From Rhynchobatus australiae (taxonomy: Eukaryota): a stretch of 64,000 nt of DNA. Shown here piece by piece: positions 49,823 to 62,064 of this stretch. The notes beneath the pieces are model-generated. The model did not search any database and had not been told where the DNA came from. It saw nothing but the letters and a program-made list of their open reading frames with translations. Every line of letters begins with the position of its first letter. Position 1 is the stretch's first letter. The position numbers were made by a program, and so were the translations under genes. Location: contig JAUZTB010000074.1 in assembly GCA_034780895.1 (NCBI GenBank), positions 18,778,876 to 18,842,875 on the forward strand. The letters run 5' to 3'.

Positions 49823-51729
49823 TACAAACCTAAACCAGCCGATATGGTTCACACCCAAAAGATGGCTCCCATGAGAGTCCAGAATACTGTCAGCATTGTA
49901 CTGATTGTCTGCTTAGATTAGCCCTGAAGCTGAAACTTAAAATTAAATTGTAACAAGAATCTTAATGACATGAGTATTGGATTAATGTACTCCTTATTCT
50001 ATTGAGAAAGCCCTTGAAGTTTTATGGCAGATATTCTGTGCTCATATTTCAGTGCAAATCTATGTATGAGACAATTTAAAGTCAGTTCTTGTGCAAGTGA
50101 AAACATTGAAATAATGAATTGATTTCTCATTCTTCTCTATAAACAGTGTGTTAGAAATACTTAGGAAATGGTTAACAGAAGCTATTCTTCTCTCAAAATT
50201 CTGCAATTTAGCTGTAGCTATTTATATAATTTTAAGGAATTTGAGAATTTTTTCCAGGAGGTAATGTTTCAGATTACTCCTTGGTAAAAAGAAATGNNNN
50301 NNNNNNNNNNNNNNNNNNNNNNNNNNNNNNNNNNNNNNNNNNNNNNNNNNNNNNNNNNNNNNNNNNNNNNNNNNNNNNNNNNNNNNNNNNNNNNNNNNNN
50401 NNNNNNNNNNNNNNNNNNNNNNNNNNNNNNNNNNNNNNNNNNNNNNNNNNNNNNNNNNNNNNNNNNNNNNNNNNNNNNNNNNNNNNNNNNNNNNNNNNNN
50501 NNNNNNNNNNNNNNNNNNNNNNNNNNNNNNNNNNNNNNNNNNNNNNNNNNNNNNNNNNNNNNNNNNNNNNNNNNNNNNNNNNNNNNNNNNNNNNNNNNNN
50601 NNNNNNNNNNNNNNNNNNNNNNNNNNNNNNNNNNNNNNNNNNNNNNNNNNNNNNNNNNNNNNNNNNNNNNNNNNNNNNNNNNNNNNNNNNNNNNNNNNNN
50701 NNNNNNNNNNNNNNNNNNNNNNNNNNNNNNNNNNNNNNNNAAAAAACTAGTATTAGTTTTACAGATGGAAATGGAGCCACAATGTCTAGATAAAGAGTGT
50801 AGAGGCTGATGATCTTCCTTAAGTGCAGCAATTGCAATTTTATAACTAGCATCCCAGGGGTCTTATACAGTACTGCAAACCTTCTAAATTGCCATTTTGA
50901 GTTAGGAATGTCACAGGAAGTCAAAATTAAGTGGTTTGATACCCCTGCATCTATGCTATGCATCACTGAAGATAGAAACATCGTCTAAAGCCTCTATAGT
51001 AAAAAAAACATAGTCAATAAAAGAAGGATCCATGAAATATTGATCAGAGTCACACTGGCTTCTTAGTGTTAGGAATTAAAAACAAGGTGAAATCTAGATT
51101 TAATAGTGCTACCCTCCAAGGATTATATGTGGTGCTATACAGCATATTGTGCAGTACAAACAGCACCTTTTGATGTCCTATAAATAAGGAATCACCAGCA
51201 CTTGTCAACAACTTCTATTGATTATTGGAGCAATTAACGGTACTTAGTATGTTAAGCATACACATTATAATGTTCTGGTTAATTGTACATCATTATCTCA
51301 CATATTGTATTTTACTATATAATTAAACTTTTATACATACATATGACTATACTTTATATGCATTATAAGGGTTTNNNNNNNNNNNNNNNNNNNNNNNNNN
51401 NNNNNNNNNNNNNNNNNNNNNNNNNNNNNNNNNNNNNNNNNNNNNNNNNNNNNNNNNNNNNNNNNNNNNNNNNNTTGCTGATTGGAATGTAATTTGTTTA
51501 CATTACATTTGTCTTTGAATAATATCGTGAACAACATGAATATGTTTTAGAGCAGTTAGAATAATAGGAGTTCAATATAGGGCCAGGAATCAGGAGTAAA
51601 TACACATTTGATTGCAAGGGAATATAAATGCTTTCTTCTCAACAATGGGTTGACTGATTAATCGAATTTATATTGTACTTTACATGCAATCACAATACAC
51701 CACTGTGGTTAACTTAAAGAGGAGAAACA

Positions 51730-51890
51730 CAGTCTGAGTCAACACTGCAGTGCAGCACAACGGGAGTGCTATACTGTCAAATGCACACATTTGGTCAGAT
51801 TAAATGTAAACCATTTGCCCTCCCAGTTGGTTGTTGAAGATTGCCTGCCACGATTTGAAAAGAACAAAGATGTTTTCCTGGTATCCAGGT
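51730..51890 (+). mobile_element. Deu-domain SINE fragment
   Basis: CAGTGCAGCAC..GGGAGTGCTATACTGTC...GAAGATTGCCTGCCACGATTTGAAAAGAACA...TTCCTGGTATCCAGG. Confidence 0.5.
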
Positions 51891-52584
51891 CTTCTTAATA
51901 CAGTAACATTGTTTTCATCTTCCTAATGTCAAAGTATGTTGGTCCAACAGACACTGATGGTGCTTAGTGCAAAAGAACAGAATCTAAAACATTTCGTCCC
52001 AGAGTTTACCGTGATATGGTTCCAGCAAGCTATATGAAAATTTTAAGTGCCAAGAGTGGCTGTATGTTCCTCACACGTCAAAGATAATGTTTATCAGATT
52101 TGTCTTCCTGGTCATTTTGAGTACAGAAATGTTTTTTACTTTCATAAACAAAATGCATTGAATAATTTCTTGCATAATATCTTGTGTGGTTTTCATCTTT
52201 TGGGACAACCACTTCTATGCTCAAGACAAATAAAAATCACATCTGCAGCTGGCATAATCAAATATTGGAATCATAACCATAAGCTACTTTTGACTTCATG
52301 CCAGCCGAATGTGACTCGTTAATGATTGTGGTCAAGATCTGCATGGAGAATGCTTTGGTCCAGCCTGTCTTGATTTAGCAAAAGCATTTGGCGAAACTGC
52401 ATCAAGTCAGGGTATTAATGAGGGTCGGATGGTAGAGTATCCTGGATACGACCTCATTTTCCTCTTCCTGCAATCAAAAAGTGGATTTTTTGGGTTTAGT
52501 TGGTAAATTATCAGGGCAACTATTGGAATTCAACACTAGTTGCATACAGATTCAAGGTTAAGGAAATTTGGAATGTACCCTTTG

Positions 52585-53160
52585 ACACTTACCAACTTTT
52601 ATTGATGCACCATAAAAAACATCCTATCTGGATGCATCACGGCATGGTATAGCAACTGCTCTGCTCGTGACTGTGAGAAACTGCAGAGAGTTGTGGACAC
52701 AGCTCAGTGCATCACGGAAACCAGCCTCCCCATCATAGACTCTGTCTATACTTCTCGCTGCCTCGGTAAAGTGGCCTGCATTATCAAAGACCCCACCCAC
52801 CCCAGACATTCTCTCTTCTTCCCTCTCCCATCAGGTAGGAGATACAAAAGCCTGAAAGCATGTACTACCAGGCTCAAGGGCAGCTTCTATCCTGCTGTTA
52901 CAAGACTACTGAACAGTTCCCTACTATGATAAAGTGGACTCTTGACCTCGCAGTCTACCTCATTATGACCTTGCATCTTATTGTCTACCTGCATAGCACT
53001 TCCTCTGTGGCTGTGTCACTTTACTCTGCAGTCTGTATTGTTTTACCTTGTACTACCTCAATGCATTGCGTAATGAATTGATCTATATGAACAGTATGCA
53101 ACACAAGTTTTTCACTGTACCTCAGTACAAGTGATAATAATAAACCAATTCCAGTTCCAA
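52585..53160 (+). mobile_element. Rex1/Babar LINE 3' end
   Basis: ILSGCITAWYSNCSARDCEKLQRVVDTAQCITETSLP..DSVYTSRCLGK...IIKDPTHPRHSLFFPLPSGRRYKSLKACTTRLKGSFYPAVTRLLN; 3' UTR ending AATAATAAACCAATTCCAGTTCCAA. Confidence 0.9.
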
Positions 53161-56100
53161 CTTCAATATTATACTAATAGCTTCAATTGAAAGGGAAAAT
53201 AAATGCCATATGACTTCTGCTCTCTCCTGTCTTTTCCTGGTCAAAAGTTCACATTTCAACATAGTTACAATATTGAAAACATTGGTTTAACTCTATCTAA
53301 TTAAATATATAACACATCTGCCATCCAATAGTGTTCAGGATAAGGTTTAAGGGGCTGACTGGCCAACTCATTCCTGAATTCCATTTTCCCTTTGCTCCCT
53401 TTCCTTTGTCACAGAAGCAAACTTGTTTTCTATATTCTGCTTTTAGTAAAGTCATTCTTAAAGGTGACTTTATTTTGTTCTATTTTAACCTTCAGCAATC
53501 TGAGAATTATACTCTGCACTTGTATGATGAATATCTGTGGGTCAGATTTCAGAATTGACACTTAGACTTTCAACACTTGAAGTCATTGTTGCTATGGGGG
53601 GGGGGTTTGATCAACTCATTAAATGAATTCATCTCCATTTGCTATTTTAATGACGTAGTCTTGGTCTAATGGTGTGCAAAGAAAAGCTATAGGGGAGTTT
53701 CTTTTATCTGAGCTCTGGCACAGTGCATATTGGAAAACTGGATGCATTACAGACAGCAACCCAATTTTCCTCTATTTATATTAATTATGGAATAACAAAT
53801 GGATGTCTCTTTACATGTCTCAGCTATCTGATTTTTTTCAGTAGGGAGAATATCTATTGGGTCAAGTTGCAAAAACCAAGAAAATCTCTCTTTATTTTTG
53901 TGTTTCAACAAATCTCCTGCATTTCCAGCACTTTCTCTGTTTTTTGATTTCAGACTGTATTTAGGTCTTAACATTGGCTGCTGCTGAATGACATGCCTTC
54001 TGCTTGTCTGAGGATAGATGCTACAGAAGAATCCAACTTTAGATATCTACATGGGTGAGCTCTTCATACCCTTTAAGTTTACGGTCCATGTATGACTCAC
54101 TATTGATCTATAAGTCACTATGTAGAAACCTGTGATGAAATGTTCCAAAGCATCTTCTTACATACCTCAGACTAAACAAAAGTTGTAAATTGTCTTTAAT
54201 TTGTATGTAACTTTCATGTAAAATAGTCACAATGAACTGCAATAACTGGTCATTGTAACGCTACCTCACAATCAGTTATAGTGCCAATTCTGGAATCTAA
54301 CCCACACATTTTCATCACATGGGTAGAGTGTTATTNNNNNNNNNNNNNNNNAGGTTAAAGTAAATCAAAATAAAGTTTGCATTTCAATCACTCCAGCCAC
54401 AGAATGATGTCCACAACAAGTGGGGACACAAAGGAATAAATGCACAGGAGAAGATTTATTCATAGGCAGTTTGCAGTGAGTTAATTTTGCTCATAACACA
54501 CATGCAGAAAAGCCTAAATTGGTTCACTTCAAGTCACATATTTAGCCCATTGCTCATAATGTTTATTTTGTTATCATCATAGTGTCACAATGACTCTCCT
54601 GTGGAACAGGAACTGAATTACCAGATCAAATGTATGCACAGTACGCACCATGCCCTCTCTGACTGGCTTTAATGATAAACCAGTTAATTGGTATTTAAAT
54701 TGGTGTTGATTAAAGTTTACGATTCATTATAAATTTGATTGATCAGTATCACCGTAAACTTTGCAGCATTTTACCAGCTGAATATTTTAAATGCTAATTA
54801 GACTATGCACACAGCACTTTCACTGGCATACAAAGGTAGGGTTCCACTTAGTACTTACTATCATTTTCCACTTTTATTTAAGTTCTAATAATGTTCAATA
54901 ATTTTCTACTTACATCCCTTTAGCCAACATCCATGTGCATAACCACTTTTGCCTGTTTTATTGTTAATCCACAATTTCATCGTCATCACTTCACTATAAT
55001 TCTTTTGTTGCCCAGGTTCCTCCAGCTTAAACCAGTTAAATGGTTCAGTCAGACAGGCAGAAGCTCACACTGCAGCTGGCTGGAGAAGGATTTTATTTTG
55101 ATTTAATTGCAATATTCAATATATAAGCAAATCTAAATCTCATTTTAGTGAACCCCACTACTTACACATATATCACATCCTTTCTGACTTGTAAATCAAT
55201 TGCAAAGGCAACCAGAATCTGTTGTAAAGGTTCAGGGCACGGACAATTGCCAGCCAAAAATAGATAATTGTGAATTATTCATTTCCACCACCATACTGAG
55301 CTATCCCTCTTGCTTTTTTGGACATGAGAGGAGTTATTATTTATCTGTAGTTAGTAGTGTGATGAAAACCACCATTAACTCATTGACTATGAAAGAAGAT
55401 GTGGTCAGAGAACTTCTCTGTAGGTTTGCGGTTGTCCTGTACAAGATGTCCTCCACCCCTTACAGTAAATGCCTTCTTTATTGATCATTCCCATAACTGC
55501 TCCCAGAAATGAATGCTGTTTAACTGACAACTAATATTAGAACACTTAAATAGCATGATCTTATTCTAAGCAAAATGCACCGGCTATGAATCATTCCTAG
55601 CATTATAAATATTTCTATCACATCTGTGATAATTTCTAGGGCTAATTGGCAAGCCATTGGTATTAAGGTATAAAACTACATCACAGGGAGTACATGGGAG
55701 CAAGATGACTTGCATTCTCAGAGGCAAAATTATGTGCAAGTATAAAAGAACAGAAATTGTGTCATCACAACTGAGGTGCACAAATCAACAGTTTTTTTTG
55801 TTGCAAGTATATAATTCAGTTTTATTCCCCCTTCTATCTAGATGAGATTTGTGATTAAAAGTAACCTGATGAATCATTTTGATTGAATCATGAACAGAAA
55901 TTATATCCATTTAATGTTCCATCTGCTGTGAAGGAAAGACACTTCAAAACACTGAAATAATACCAAACCAACAACAATTAAAACTAAAATCTTGCAGAAA
56001 CAAATCTGAAATTACTTTCTTATTCAGTCCAATGATTTGAACCAGATACATAAATTAATAGTTACTATTCTAATGAAAGCTCAGTTTGAGTATCTAGAGA

Positions 56101-57039
56101 TTACTCCACAGGCAAATTTCAAACACATCTCTTTACAATGATCCTACTAAAGTCTACTATTTTTTTCAGACTGAGGGAGAACATACTCTCGAGCCTCAGC
56201 CAAGTTTGGCTCAAAACTAATATTTTCTCTTCTCTTAAGCAAAAGTCCCTGGAATGTAATAAGCAGGTTGCTCTGAAAATAATATATTTTATTTTGCCAG
56301 AGATTGTGCTCATCAAGGTGAGTGATAACAGGGAATAGAGCACTTTTTAAAATGTTAAACAATGGAGGGAGAGTTTTATGAATTACATCCCCAGAAACAT
56401 AAAACCTCTGTAATTTTCCTCCAGTTTGTTTCATTAGATCAGAAGTTATAGAGAGCACATCTGTGATCTCCCAATTTATTCTTTTGGTGAGCAAGATCGA
56501 CCTGCAAATGTACATTAATTAAAGTAGTTCTTAAGTGTCAACATCAAGTACTTGCAAAAGAAGTACAATTGGAATCAAGTGCAGAGTAAAAGGAGACTTA
56601 TTCTTTGATCATCTTGGGTTTGATGCAGAATAAAGCTATGTCCAAAGCACATGCATCAGCTCTAAGAGTGCATGTCTCTTACACTGGCCTGACATTTTAT
56701 ATTTCTCGTCTCAGGCCTTCTGAGATTGCCAATTAATGTTGAAATAAGAGCACTTCTGTGTTGGAGGCTCATGTTCATCAGGAGCTGGGCAAGACTTCAC
56801 CACTCAAGAGATGGAAAAGTCATAGGCTTCCATTAGTCTGAGCTGAATTAGACTCGGACTATCAAAAGTGAAAGTAGAGAGTTTTCAATGACAATCACTC
56901 TGTTCCTCCATTTTATTTTTTATATATAAGAGAAAAAAATACAAGATAAAATTGCTGTTTTAGGATCTATTCCATGGCTTCCCATCTTTCAGTATTTTTA
57001 AAGGAAAAATACTGACTATTTATGGGAATTTTTTTTAAA

Positions 57040-57210
57040 ACTGCAGATGTTGGAAATCTGAAACAAAACCAGGGAACGCTGGAAACACTCAGCAGATCAA
57101 TCTACGCAGGTCTGACAAAGCGTCTTTGACTTGAATTGTTAATTCTATTTCGCCTTGCATAGACGCTGCCTGACCTGCTGAGTGTTTCCAGAATTTTCTG
57201 GATTTTACCA
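57040..57210. mobile_element. Penelope-like head-to-head hairpin insertion
   Basis: CTGGAAACACTCAGCAGATCA (57079-57099) matches the revcomp of 57171-57191 at 20/21; decayed core CTGACAA-AGCGTC-TTT-GACTT-GAATT lies between. Confidence 0.8.
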
Positions 57211-57744
57211 GTATCTCTCTTCATTGATGATGGCATTAAAGATGATGTTAAAGGCTGTTTTTGGTTGAGGTGAAATGATTCTTCCCAAACTGAATTACGA
57301 ACCCTTTTCTAGGCTGATTTTCTGTTCACCTTCATTAACTTGGTTCTCCTGTAGTGACACCCATCTCATTGTCTTATGTAGTTTTGNNNNNNNNNNNNNN
57401 NNNNNNNNNNNNNNNNNNNNNNNNNNNNNNNNNNNNNNNNNNNNNNNNNNNNNNNNNNNNNNNNNNNNNNNNNNNNNNNNNNNNNNTGACACCCATCTCA
57501 TTGTCTTATGTAGTTTTGATACATTAGATTACTAAACAATAAAAATAATGTTGACTTTTTTATTCAGCATAAAATTAAATCAATGTGTTCTATAGTACAC
57601 TCATCTCAGAGAACTCCTGAATTTTCACCAGTACCATGCAATAGAAAATTCAACCTATGGAAGATAATTTGAGGAGATGTAGTAAAGTAGTGGGGTCATG
57701 TTCATAATATTCTAATTGTTTTGAACCAACATCATAATTATGCA

Positions 57745-58090
57745 AGAAAGAAAAACTGGCATTTACACGGGGTCTTCCACATCTTCAGGATATCCAAGAG
57801 TGCTTTATAGCATGGATGTCTCCTGAGTGGAATCACTATTGTAAGTTTGGAAAGATGGCAGTCAATTATTGTCAGGTCTAGATTCTAAAAATGATTTGAT
57901 TGATGTCAAGAAACAGGGAACTCTGCTATGATACGGTAATCTGTTGTGAACACCCAAGAGGGTAGACAGGGCTTCTAAAAGATGTTACTTCAAGCAGAGC
58001 TGTATCTCTTAGTGCTTTGGTGGAATGTCAATCTGACCTTTGTGCTCATGTCTCCCTTGCTTTCAATTCTACCCTGATAAAGCTGAGCCC
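57745..58090 (-). mobile_element. Deu-domain SINE, degraded
   Basis: AAAGAAAAACTGGCATTTACAC...TCAGGATATCCAAGAGTGCTTTATAGC tail; CCCAAGAGGGTAGACAGGGC...GGAATGTCAATCTGACCTTTGTGCTCA body. Confidence 0.5.
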
Positions 58091-59984
58091 AAAACCTGAA
58101 CCAGCAACTTGTTCTTCTCATTAAGTTGTTAACTCAGCTCTGCCAACAGTCCAGACTCTCCTTGGGCTGTGCAGGATCTCCTGGGATGGAGCCACCAAGT
58201 GTAACAAAACGTATCATGAACTGTGGAGTCAACACCTTGCAGGAACAGAAGCTGGGCCATCCCACGAGCGAACACAGAAGGTGTGCGTCAATCCTCAGGA
58301 GTCACAACAAACAACAGAATGCCAAAGGTATTGAACAAATTAGACCTCCCACCTTCAACAGGGAACAAAAGATGTAAAGCCACTAAATAATGCATGCTTA
58401 CTGTTACTCTCAGGGCCAGGGAGAAGAGGTTAGGAAGGGAAAATGTCCAGGGAATGAGGAAACAGGAGCAGGTTGCAAAAGGTATTTACTCTACTCCATC
58501 AAAAGCTTGCAGAACCTTCAGCCATTCATCAACGGATGACTGTTGTTTACTTTGCCAGTTTTTATATTGTTTGCTGTCCGGTGTATCCAGGTGGAATCTG
58601 GCTCAAATTGCCCCTGGGAATTTCTGAGGACAATATTGCACATGGATCAGATTTTACAGTATTATGCCTCTGATGAAAGTAGCCACTGAAGAAATTCTAC
58701 TTCAAGCAAAACAAGAATCTTGGCATGGTCTAAGAATTTGAGTTAAAGAAAAAAATACAATAAAAGTATTCCCTATTGACAAAGAAAACAAACAAATGAG
58801 TGGGAAGTAAACATGTGCACCAATGAGGAAATTGACTGGTACTGTTGAATGTTATAGCACACATTGCTGTCTGATCTGAATGTGAATTTTTAACGTTAAC
58901 TCACTATTTTTCCAGTAAATCAATGCCCTTTGTTTCAGGTGGACACGCAATAGGTCAGAGGAGAAGGTTTGTTAAAAAGAGTCAGGGAATAAATCCAATA
59001 AGACGACTGGTTCCCTTGTACTGCCCCAGAACAGACCGATGTCTATATGGTGTATGGATATCCAGCTATTTTTCAACACGGAGCCTACCGCATCATTGAG
59101 GTTAATGGGGAGCTAAGTCTGCTGACCTCATTGAGAGACCATTACCTTGCCAAGAAAACCAGTTGAGGCAGTTGAAAATTGACTCATTGTGCAGGGAATA
59201 ACCTAGTGATGTCAGATCTAAGTTTGTCTTTCACAAGTTTGAATTTCTACTTCCTGTATTGCACTGAGTAGTAATTTCACTGTAACTTTTCATCTAATGT
59301 ACCTCAATAAGCTCAATTTTCAGTCATTTCCTTCCACTAGAGAGCCCAAGTTTCTCCAATCTTTCCTCAGAACTGAGATTTTCACTATCTGTCAGTCATA
59401 AAGTATTCAATAATTTCTCTGGGGCCTGACGGTTTCTCTTGATGCTCAGAATCAAATACAGCTGGTGTATGGGTAAGCTTATGTTATATCATTGGGCTAT
59501 ATAGTTTAACATGTCATTTGCCCAGTTCATGGTCGTCCAGTGGAGATTAGACATAATAAACAATTACCACCAAGATCCGCTTCAGTTTGGCCATTAACCA
59601 TTTCTATACCAATCATGTCATTAGTTGTTTACTTCTAATGCTCACGACATTATACTTGCCCAAATTGCATTACAACTGGCACTGATCCAGGTTTTGCTGT
59701 CAGCAGCAGAGAGGCAACACTCACTATTCATTAAACTTGCAATTGCACATGGACTTTCTGTGAGCTTTTGAGCTGCAATCCATGGTTCCATAGTTAATGG
59801 GGGGCCTATTAGGGTGGCATTCACTGCAGGGCATCTGGGGCTTGTGAGATCCAACCAATGATTTTCCACAAACAAATAAAATGGTACTTGTGAGTCATGC
59901 TACAAGTAATTATATTTTTAAAGAACTTTGAATGTAATCAATACTTTGCAAAACATTGCACTGGACCATTATTAGACAAGAAGA

Positions 59985-60090
59985 AAACCCATAAAATACT
60001 GGAAGCACTCAGCAAGTCAGACAGCATCTGTAGAAAGAAAGACAAGTTAATATTTCAGTTCCAAGACTCTTTATCAGAACTGGAAAAGAA
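59985..60090 (-). mobile_element. Penelope-like terminal repeat copy (decayed hammerhead)
   Basis: Revcomp CAGTT-CTGATAA-AGAGTC-TT-GGAACT-GAAATATT-AACTT...CTACAGATGCTGTCTGACTTGCTGAGTGCTTCCAGTATTTT. Confidence 0.75.
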
Positions 60091-61336
60091 AGGTCTTGGA
60101 CTCTTAGCCAAGAGTTTGGCACTGAGCTAGATAAAAAGGTTTTAGGAAAGGTGGCGGTTAGTTCAGTCAGAGTATTAGGCCTGAAGATGGAAGTTAAAGG
60201 AGAAGACAGATGGAATCCTTGTTCAATCAAAGTAGCAATGAGAAGGTCATGAACAAATCTTTTGATAACACTTTTAAAAAGATTGTTTGATAGAGCTCTC
60301 TTCAAAATATTTAAATAACACTTTAATAGCATCTGCTAAGCAACCTGAAAATGGTGTGATTAATGAGTCATCGAATGGCACTCTTAGTAATACTAAACGT
60401 AGATAGGATACTTTGCAAAGAGCCATTGGTAGGTCAGCACTTTAAATTTTGTTTCAAGCTGTGATGTTAATTGGCATAATCATCAGCTAGTATCTTTAAA
60501 GCAGATACATGATAAGAAATGAGTCTGTTCATGTACAGGTTAAAGATGAGATCATCAGAAATGTATTGTAATTGCAGAAATTATATTCCAATTATATTGG
60601 TGTGTTGTTGTCTCCTGGATGACTATCTTTAGATAGGTTAACTTTGTCTCAGATGTATTGCAGATTTTAGTTGGGTGTACACATAATTGTCACAGATAAT
60701 TAATTTAAATTTAAGAGCCTATTCATTAACATCAGCCTCTTCAGAGCAAGATTACCTTTTCACAAAAAATAGTTATTTACCATCCTTCCCACCACTCATA
60801 CATTATATAAAAACAATTTGCCTTTATAAAGCATCCACCATATACAAAGAATCTCAAGGCATAAAAAGACAAATCTTTGAGAGGAAAATGCAGAGTACAG
60901 AGCTCAGGCAACTTAGCCCAGAAAATGGGTGAGTAGACAAACAACCAGGTAGGTCCTGGGCCTGATCAATATCAGCTGCCAAGGAGGATCTGTGAGCAAG
61001 CCAGAGGAAAATCCCCCATCCCACCCTGTCACATATGAGGAACGAGCTTACTGCTTTTTTTATGGCAGTACAACTCAGATNNNNNNNNNNNNNNNNGGGC
61101 ACAAAGGCCATGTATCTTTCAATAGCTGTAAGTGGTTTAGCGTCAACATGGTCCTGGCTGCAATCTGTGTGAAATTAGTTTTGATCACTTGCCATAGACT
61201 GCAAGGTCTCTGAATCCTAGCTCTTCTTTCAAGAGGTGCCAGCAAGTGGACTGGCATTCACCCTTGAGCACTCACCTTTGAACCAATGCCCAAAGTTCGG
61301 GATGATTCATCTAAATGACAGAGCTACATTACTCCT

Positions 61337-61457
61337 CTGCAAAGAAACAAACTGCTAAAGGAACTCAGTGAGCCAAACAGCCACTGAGTTGACCCATTGA
61401 GTTCCTCCAGCAGTTTGTTTCTTTGATCTGGATTCCTGTATCTGCAGTCCCTTGAGT
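61337..61457. mobile_element. Minimal Penelope-derived hairpin insertion with 13 bp TSD
   Basis: Arms 61340-61376 and 61389-61425 are inverted repeats (32/37); flanked by CTACATTACTCCT (61324-61336) and CTACATTATTCCT (61458-61470). Confidence 0.8.
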
Positions 61458-61529
61458 CTACATTATTCCTTTCATGCTTTGATTTTGGCTAAGGAATGAA
61501 TATTGATTAAGGCATTGGGGAGGCCCACC

Positions 61530-61745
61530 ATACTTTTAAGTGCCATATCATCTTTTACATTCAACTGAAAGGGCAAATGAAGCTTTGGTTAATCCCTTCA
61601 TCTGAAAAGTAGTTCCTCAGACACTGCACCATGCCTGATGCATTGCAGAGAAATGCCAGCCGAGATTTTTGTACTCAAGTCTCTGGGGGTGGGCTTACAG
61701 CCTCACAACCTATTGGCTGAGTGCAGACTCTGCTGTTACCTGTGC
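61530..61745 (-). mobile_element. Deu-domain SINE 5' part (SacSINE1-like)
   Basis: AGTGCCAT..ATCTTTTACATTCAACTGAAAGGGCA...TCATCTGAAAAG..G..CCTCAGACA.TGCA...TTTTGTACTCAAGTCTCTGG.GTGGG.CTT..A.CC.ACAACCT is the reverse complement of a tRNA head plus Deu core. Confidence 0.65.
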
Positions 61746-61829
61746 ATCTATGGTTAGGGTCAGTCAGCAGCTCCAACACCATGTGAGCATCAGGCACAAG
61801 AAACCTGTGGCATTTCAGAACAGCAAATG

Positions 61830-62064
61830 TTTTATGTACCACATAGAAGGAGGCCATTGGCCCATCAATTCCCTGCTGGTTGTCAGAACAATCCCTTTAA
61901 TCCCCTCTCACCCTTATTTCCCTGTTAACTATTACATACCCATCAATTTCCCCTGATCCTCCTGCCACCTACCCACACTAGGGGCAATTTGCTGTAGCCA
62001 ATTAACCTGCCACCATGTGTTTGGGATGTGGGAAGAAATGAGAGCACCCAGGGAAACCCATGCT
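61830..62064 (-). mobile_element. V-SINE (HE1-like) 3' part with CR1-type tail
   Basis: CACATAGAAGGAGGCCATTGGCCCATC (CR1-like tail)...CACACTAGGGGCAATTT..GTAGCCAATTAACCT...TTTGGGATGTGGGAAGAAA..GAGCACCCAGGGAAACCCATGC. Confidence 0.75.
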
